Positions 8,573 to 17,000 of a stretch of 20,000 nucleotides of DNA are shown here, in pieces. Below the pieces are notes generated by a model. That model saw only the letters and a list, made by a program, of their open reading frames with translations. It was not told the origin of the DNA and searched no databases. The position numbers and the translations under genes are program-made. Numbering within the stretch: position 1 is the first letter of the stretch; every line of letters begins with the position of its first letter. Origin of the DNA: Malacoraja senta (taxonomy: Eukaryota); contig JAXLNO010000088.1 in assembly GCA_038087875.1 (NCBI GenBank), forward strand, positions 59,649 through 79,648, written 5' to 3'.

Positions 8573-8901
8573 GCAGGAAAATTTGTCCCGATGTTGGGGC
8601 AGTTCAGAGCCAGGGGTCACAGTTTAAAAATAAAGGGTAGGCCAGTTAGGACTGAGATGAGGACAAACTTTCTTCACGCAGAGAATTGTGAATCTGTGGA
8701 ATTCTCTGCCACAGAAGGCAGTGGAGGCCAATCCACTGGATGTTTTCAAGAGAGAGTTACATTTAGCTCTTGGAGCTAGCGAAATCAAGGGATATAGGAA
8801 AAAACAGGAGAGAGGTACAGATTTTAGATGAAGAGCCATGAACATATTGAATGGCAGTGCTGGCTCGAAGGGCTATTGCTACACCTATTTTCTATGTTTC
8901 T
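8573..8901 (+). mobile_element. CR1-clade LINE (HER1-like) 3' end: ORF2 C-terminus, 3' UTR and tail
   Basis: AGKFVPMLG..RARGHSLKIKGRP.RTEMR.NF, then VNLWNSLPQKAVEA in a shifted frame. Ends with the tail cctattttctatgtttct. Confidence 0.9.
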
Positions 8902-8930
8902 CTGCTTGAGTATACGGCAATGAAACTCGA

Positions 8931-10096
8931 CCTCTAAAACCCTCTAAACCTCTCTATACTCCTGTAAACTCATGTAAACCTCACTAAACACCTGTTAAGC
9001 CTTGTAAACCCCTGTAAACCCCTCTAAACCCCTCTAAATCCCTCTAAATCCCATAAACCTCCATAAACCCCTATAAAACCCTCTAAACCCTTCTAAACGC
9101 CTGTAAACCATTCTAAACCACTAAACACCGCTCCAAACCCCTCTAAACAAATGTAAACCCCTGTAATCCTCTCTAAACCTCTCTAAACCCCTTTAAACTC
9201 CTCTAAACCAATCTAAACATCTCTAAACCCCTGTAAAATCTGTAAGCCCCTCTAAACACGTAAAACCACCTCTAAACCCCTGTGAACGCCTCTAACCCCC
9301 CGTAAACCCCCCCAAACACCTTGAAACCTATGGAAACCCCGCTAAACCCCTCTAAACCCCTCTAAACCCATGTAAACACCCTCTAAACCCCTCTAAACCC
9401 ATTTAAGCCCCTATAACCCACCCTAAACCTCTCTAAACCCTGCAAACCCCATGTAAACCCCTGTAAAACCCTCTAAACCGTTCTAATCCCCTCTAAACGC
9501 CTGTAACGCCCTCTGAACCCATGTAAACCACTGTAAACGCATCTAAACCCGTCTAGACACCTGTAACCCCCTCTAAACACCTCTAAACCCATCTAACCCC
9601 CTATAACCCCCTGTTCACCAGTCGAAACCCCTCTAAACCCCAGTAAACTACCCTAAACACATCTAAAGCCCTGTAAACAGCTCAATACCCCTCTAAACCA
9701 CACTACACCCCTCTAAACGCCTATAAACACATCTACCCTCTAAACCCTTCTAAACCCCATCTAAACCCCTCCAGATTACTCTAAACCCCTATACACTCGT
9801 CTAAAACCCTCTAAACACCGGCACACCCCTCTAAACCTCTGTAAACCCCTGTAACCCCCTATAAATACCTATAAACACCTCTAAACCACTCCACTCTTAA
9901 CCCCTCTAAACCCTTCTAAACTCCTCTAAACACCTGTAAACCCCTGAAACACCTGTAAACCATTCTAAACCCCGCTAAACCACTGTAAACCTCTAAACCT
10001 CTCTAAACACATGTAAACCCCTGTAAACCCCTCAAACCCCCGGTAAACTCATCGAAACCCCTCTAAACCAGTGTAAACCCCTCTAAACACCTCTAT
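8931..10096 (-). repeat. Degenerate 10-bp satellite in inverted orientation (CCCCTCTAAA/CCCCTGTAAA)n
   Basis: Reverse complement of the GGGGTTTAGA unit, roughly 115 degenerate units. Confidence 0.95.
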
Positions 10097-10700
10097 CCAC
10101 ACTCTCACTATCGACGGCACCACTGTCTCCCCATCTCCTCAGCACGCAACCGTGGCGTGATCCTTGACTCAACCCTCTCCCTTGAGCCTCACATCCGCCA
10201 TGTTGTCAAAACATCATTTTTTCACCTCCGCAACATTGCAGAAATCAGATGCTCTCTCACACCCCCCGCTGCTGAAAGACTCATCCATGCCTTCATCTCC
10301 TCCCGACTGGACTACTGTAACTCTCTTCTTTTCGGAATCAATTCCAGCAGCATCAACCGACTGGTCCAAAATGCAGCCGCTCGACCCACCCATTACCCAC
10401 ACCAAATCCTGGCACCACATCACCCGAGTTCTCAGAGAACTTCACTGGCTTCCCACTTCCCACCGGATCACCTACAAAATCCTGGTCCTCACCGACAAAG
10501 CCCTCAACAACCTGGTCCCCCCTTATCTCATTGACCTCCTCTCCCACTACCAACCCTCACGGTCCCTCAGATCCACATCAGCTGGTCTCCTCTCCACTCC
10601 AGAATCAAACCTCTGCACTTTTGGAGGCAGAGCCTTCTCCAGGGCAGCTCCCAGGCACTGGAATTCCCTCCCACAACCGGTCCGAAATTCTGAGTCCCTC
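10097..10700 (+). mobile_element. Decayed L2-clade LINE ORF2 C-terminal fragment
   Basis: GVILDSTLSLEPHI...SFFHLRNIA, LIHAFISSRLDYCNSLL, VQNAAAR, HITRVLRELHWLP..HRITYKIL, RSLRS and RAFSRAAPR.WNSLP are typical L2 motifs. Frameshifted. Confidence 0.95.
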
Positions 10701-10980
10701 TAACCCCCCTGTAAACATATGTAAACACCCTGTATACCCCACTAAACACCAGTAAATCGCTGTAATCCCCTCTAAACCCATATAAACCCCCTCTAAGCCC
10801 ATCTAAACCCATGTAAACCCCAAGTACACCTCTAAAACCCTCTCCTCTAAACCCCTGTAACCCCCTGCAATCCTCTCTAAACACCTGTAAACACCGGTAA
10901 AAGCCTGTAACCCCTTGTAAACCCCCTATAAAGCCATGTAAACCCCTCTAAAACCCTCTAAACCGATTAAAACCTGAAAC
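10701..10980 (-). repeat. Degenerate 10-bp satellite, inverted orientation
   Basis: cccctgtaaa / cccctctaaa units. Confidence 0.93.
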
Positions 10981-11000
10981 GCTCAAAACCACTTAATTTC

Positions 11001-14000
11001 TGGCTACCGTGCCGGAAATATGGCGACCTTGCCCGATTTGTGGCGACCTTACCGGATTTATGACGACCTTGCCGGAAATATGGCGACCTTGTCGGATTTA
11101 TGGCGACCTTGCCGGAAATATGTAGACATTGTCGGATTTGTGGCGACCTTGCCGGATTTATGCCGTCCTTTTCGGACTTGGGGCGACCTTGCCGGATTTG
11201 TGACGACCTTGCCGGAAATATGGCGACATTGTCGGATTTGTGGCGACCTTGCCGGAAATATGGCGACCTTGCCTGATTTGTGGCGACGTTCCCGGATTAA
11301 TGGCGACCTTGCCGGAAATATGGCGACCTTGCGGGATATGTGGCGACCAGGCCGGATTTTTGGCGACCTTTCCGGAAATATGGCGACCTTGCCGGATTTG
11401 TGGCGACCTTGCGGATTTATGGCGACCTTGCCGCAAATATGGCGACCTTGCCGGATTTTTGGCGACCTTGATGGAAATTTGGCGACCTTCCCGGAAATAT
11501 GGCGACCATGCCGGATTTGTGGCGACATTGCCGGATTTATGGCGACCTTGCCGTAAATATGGCGACCTTGCCGGAAATATGGCGACCATGCCGGATTTGT
11601 GGCGACCTTGCCGAATTTATGGCGACCTTGCCGCAAATATGGAGACCTTGCCGGATTTGTGGCGACCTTGCCGGATTTATGGCTACCTTGCCGGAATTGT
11701 GGCGACCTTGCCGGATTTGTGGCGACCTTGCCGGATTTATGGCGACCTTGCCGGATTTGTGGCGACCATGCCGGAAATAAGGCGACCTTGCCGGTTTTGT
11801 GGCGAACTTGCCGGATTTGTGGCGACCTTGCCGGATTTATGGCGACCTTGCCGGATTTGTGGCGACCATGCCGGAAATATGGCGACCTCGCGGGCTTTAT
11901 GGCGCCCATGCCGGATTTGTGGCGACCTTGCCGGAAATATGGCGACCTTGCCGGATTTATGGCGACCTTGCCGAATTTGTGTCGACCTTGCCGGAAATAT
12001 GGCGACCTCGCCGGATTTATGGCGACCATGCCGGATTTATGGCGACCTTGCCCGAATTATGGCGACCTTGCCGGTTTTGTGGCGAACTTGCCGGATTTAT
12101 GGCGACCTTTCCGGATTTGTGGCGACCTTGCCGGAAATATGGCGATCTCGCCGGATTTATGGCGATCTTGACGGATTTGTGGCGACCTTGCCGGAAATGT
12201 GGCGACCTCGCCGGATTTGTGGCGACCTTGTCGGATTTATGGCGACCGTGCCCGAAATATGGCGAACTTGATTTGTGGCGACCTTGCCGGATTTATGCCG
12301 ACCTTGCCAGAAATATGGCGACCTAGCCGTATTTGAGGCGACCTTGCCGGACTTATGGCGACCTTGCCGGAAATGTGGCGATCTCGCCGGATTTATGGCG
12401 GCCTCGCCGGATTTAGGACGACCTTGCCCGAATTATGGCGACCTTGCCGGTTTTGTGGCGAACTTGCCGGATTTATGGCGACCTTTCCGGATTTGTGGCG
12501 ACCTTGCCGGGAATATGGCGATCTGCCGGATTTATGGCGATCTTGCCGGATTTGTGGCGACCGTGCCGGAAATATGGCGATTTCCCCGGATTTATGGCGA
12601 CCTTGCCGGATTTGTGGCAACCTTGCCGGAAATATGGCGACTTCGCCGGATTTGTGGCGACCTTGTCGGATTTATGGCGACCTTGCCGGAAATATGGCGA
12701 CCTTGATTTGTGGCGACCTTGCCTGATTTATGCCGACCTTGCCAGAAATATGGCGACCTAGCCGTATTTGAGGCGACCTTGCCGGACTTATGGCGATATT
12801 GCCGGAAATATGGCGATCTCGCCGGGTTTATGGCGGCCTCGCCGGATTTAGGACGACCTTGCCTGAAATGTGGCGACCTCGCCGGATTTATGGCGATCAT
12901 GCCGGATTTATGGCGACCTTGCCGGAAATATGGCGACTTTGCCGGATTTGCGGCGACCTTGCCGGATTTATGCCGACCTCGCCGGAAATATGGCGACCTT
13001 GCCGGATTTGTGGCGACCATGCCGGATTTATGGAGACCTTGCTGGAAATACGTCGACATTGCCGGATTTGTGGCGACCTTACGGGATTTATGACGACCTC
13101 GCCGGAAATATGGCGACCTTGCCGGATTTGTGGCGACCTTGCCGGATTAATGGGGACCTTGCTGGAAATATGTCGACCTTGCCGGATTTGTGGCGACCTT
13201 GCGGGATTTATGGCGACATTGCTGGAAAAATGGCGACCTTGCCGGATTTGTGGCGACTTTGCCTGATTTATGGCGACCTTGCCGGAAATATGGCGTCCTC
13301 GCCGGATTTGTTGCGACCTTGCCGGATTTACGGCGACCTTGCCGGAAATATGGCGACCTTGCCGGATTTGTGGCGAACTTGCCGGAAATGTGGCGACCTT
13401 GCCGGATTTATGGCGACCTTGCCGGATTTGTGGCGACTTTGCCGGAAATATGGCGACCTCGCCGGATTTATGGCGACCATGCCGGATATATAGCGACCTT
13501 GCCGGAAATATGGCGACCTCGCCGAATTTGTGGCGAACTTGCCGGAAATATGGCGACCTTGCCGGAAATATGGTGACCTCGCCGGATTTATGGCGACCTT
13601 GCCGGAAATATGGCGACCTCGCCGGAGTTATGGCGACCTTGGCGGAAATATGGCGACCTTGCTGGACTTCTGGCGAACTTGTCGGATTTATGGCGACCTT
13701 GCCGGATTTGTGGCGTCCTTGCCGGAAATATGGCGACCTTGCGGATTTGTGGCGACATTGCCGGATTTATGGCGACCTTGCCGGAAATATGGCGACATTG
13801 CCAGATTTGTGGCGACCTTGCCGGATTTATGGCGACCATGTCGGAAATATGGCGACCTTGCCGGATTTGTGGCGATCTTGCCGGATGTGTGGCGACCTTG
13901 CCGGAAATATGGCGACCTTGCCGGATTTCTGGCGACCTTGCCGGATTTATGGCGACCTTGCCGGATTTGTGGCGACTTTCCAGGAAATATGGCGACCTCG

Positions 14001-17000
14001 CCGGATTTATGGCGACCTTGCCGGATATATAGCGACCTTGCTGGAAATATGGCGACCTCGCCGGATTTATGGCGTCCTTGCCGGAAATATGGCAACATCG
14101 CCGGATTTATGGCGACCTTGCCGGAAATATGGCGACCTCGCCGCATTTATGGCGACCTTGCCGGAAATATGGCGACCTTGCCGGAAATATGGCCATGCCT
14201 GGTTTGTGGCGACCTTGCCGGATTTATGGCTACTATGACTGAATTATGGCGACCTTTCCGTATTTGTGGCGACATTGCCTGAAATATGGCGACCTCTTCG
14301 GATTTATGGCGACCTTGCAGGATTTGTGGCGAAGCCGGAAATATGGCGACCTCGCCGGATTTATGACGACCTTGCCGGATTTGTGGCGACCTTGCCGGAA
14401 ATATGGCGACCTCGCCGGATATATGGCGACCTTGCCAGAAATATGACGAGCTTGCCGGAAATATGTCGACCTTGCCGGATTTGTGGCGACCTTGCCTGAT
14501 TTATGGCGACATTGTCGAAAATATGGCGACCTTGCCGGGTTTGTGGCGACCTTGCCGGATATATGGCGATCTTGCCGGAAATATGGCGACGTTGCCGGAT
14601 TTCTGACGACCTTGCCGGATTTATGGCGGCCTTGCCGGATTTATGGCTACCTTTCCGGATTTGTGGCGACCTTGCCGGAAATATGGCGACATCGTAGGAT
14701 TTATGGCGACCTTGCCAGACTTGTGGCGACTTTGCCGGAAATATGGCGACATCGCCGCATTTATGGCGACCTTGCCGGAAATATGGCGACCATGCCTGTT
14801 TGTGGCGACCTTGCCGGATTTATGGCTACTATGACGGAATTATGGCGACCTTTCCGTATTTGTGGCGACATTGCCTGAATATGGCGACCTCTCCGGATTT
14901 ATGGCGACCTTGCAGGATTTGTGGCGAAGCCGGAAATATGGCGACCTCGCCGGATTTATGACGACCTTGCCGGATTTGTGGCGACCTTGCCGGAAATATG
15001 GCGACCTCGCCGGATATATGGCGACCTTGCCAGAAATATGACGAGCTTGCCGGAAATATGTCGACCTCGCCGGATTTATGGCGATCATGCCGGATTTATG
15101 GCGAACTTGCCGTAAATATGGCGATCTTGCCGGAAAAATGCCGACCTTGCCGGATTTACGGCGACCTCGCCGGATTTATGGCGACCATGCCGGATTTATG
15201 GCGACCTTGCCCGAATTATGGCGACCTTGCCGGTTTTGTGGCGAACTTGCCGGATTTATGGCGACCTTTCCGGATTTGTGGCGATCTTGCCGGAAATATG
15301 GCGACCTCGCCGGATTTATGGCGACCTTACCGGATTTGTGGCAACCTTGCCGGAAATATGGCGACCTCGCCGGATTTGTGGCGACCTTGCCGGATTTGTG
15401 ACGACCGTGCCGGAAATATGGCGACCTCGCCGGATTTATGGCGACCTTACCGGATTTGTGGCAACCTTGCCGGAAATATGGCGACCTCGCCGGATTTGTG
15501 GCGACCTTGTCGGATTTATGGCGACCGTGCCCGAAATATGGCGAACTTGATTTGTGGCGACCTTGCCGGATTTATGCCGACCTTGCCAGAAATATGGCGA
15601 CCTAGCCGTATTTGAGGCGACCTTGCCGGACTTATGGCGACCTTGCCGGAAATATGGCGATCTCGCCGGATTTATGGCGGCCTCGCCGGATTTAGGACGA
15701 CCTAGCCGGAAATGTGGCGACCTCGCCGGATTTATGGCGACCATGCCGGATTTGATGGCGACCTTGCCCGAATTATGGCGACCTTGCCGGTTTTGTGGCG
15801 AACTTGCCGGATTTATGGCGACCTTTCCGGATTTGTGGCGACCTTGCCGGAAATATGGCGATCTCGCCGGATTTATGGCGATCTTGCCGGATTTGTGGCG
15901 ACCTTGCCGGAAATATGGCGACCTCGCCGGATTTGTGGCGACCTTGTCGGATTTATGGCGACCGTGCCCGTAATATGGCGAACTTGATTTGTGGCGACCT
16001 TGCCGGATTATGCCGACCTTGCCAGAAATATGGCGACCTAGCCGTATTTGAGGCGACCTTGCCGGACTTATGGCGACCTTGCCGGAAATGTGGCGATCTC
16101 GCCGGATTTATGGCGGCCTCGCCGGATTTAGGACGACCTTGCCCGAATTATGGCGACCTTGCCGGTTTTGTGGCGAACTTGCCGGATTTATGGCGACCTT
16201 TGCGGATTTGTGGCGACCTTGCCGGAATATGGCGATCTGCCGGATTTATGGCGATCTTGCCGGATTTGTGGCGACCGTGCCGGAAATATGGCGACCTCCC
16301 CGGATTTATGGCGACCTTGCCGGATTTGTGGCAACCTTGCCGGAAATATGGCGACTTCGCCGGATTTGTGGCGACCATGTCGGATTTATGGCGACCTTGC
16401 CGGAAATATGGCGACCTTGATTTGTGGCGACCTTGCCTGATTTATGCCGACCTTGCCAGAAATATGGCGACCTAGCCGTATTTGAGGCGACCTTGCCGGA
16501 CTTATGGCGATCTTGCCGGAAATATGGCGATCTCGCCGGATTTATGGCGGCCTCGCCGGATTTAGGACGACCTTGCCTGAAATGTGGCGACCTCGCCGTA
16601 TTTATGGCGATCATGCCGGTTTTATGTGTACCTTGCCGGAAATATGGCGACTTTGCCGGATTTGCGAGACCTTGCCGGATTTATGACGACCTCGCCGGAA
16701 ATATGGCGACCTTGCCGGATTTGTGGCGACCATGCCGGATTTATGGAGACCTTGCTGGAAATACGTCGACATTGCCGGATTTGTGGCGATCTTAGGGATT
16801 TATGACGACCTCGCCGGAAATATGGCGACCTTGCCGGATTTGTGGCGACCTTGCCGGATTAATGGGGACCTTGCTGGAAATATGTCGACCTAGCCTGATT
16901 TGTGGCGACCTTGCGGGATTTATGACGACATTGCTGGAAAATGGCGACCTTGCCGGATTTGTGGCGACTTTGCCTGATTTATGGCGACCTTGCCGGAAAT

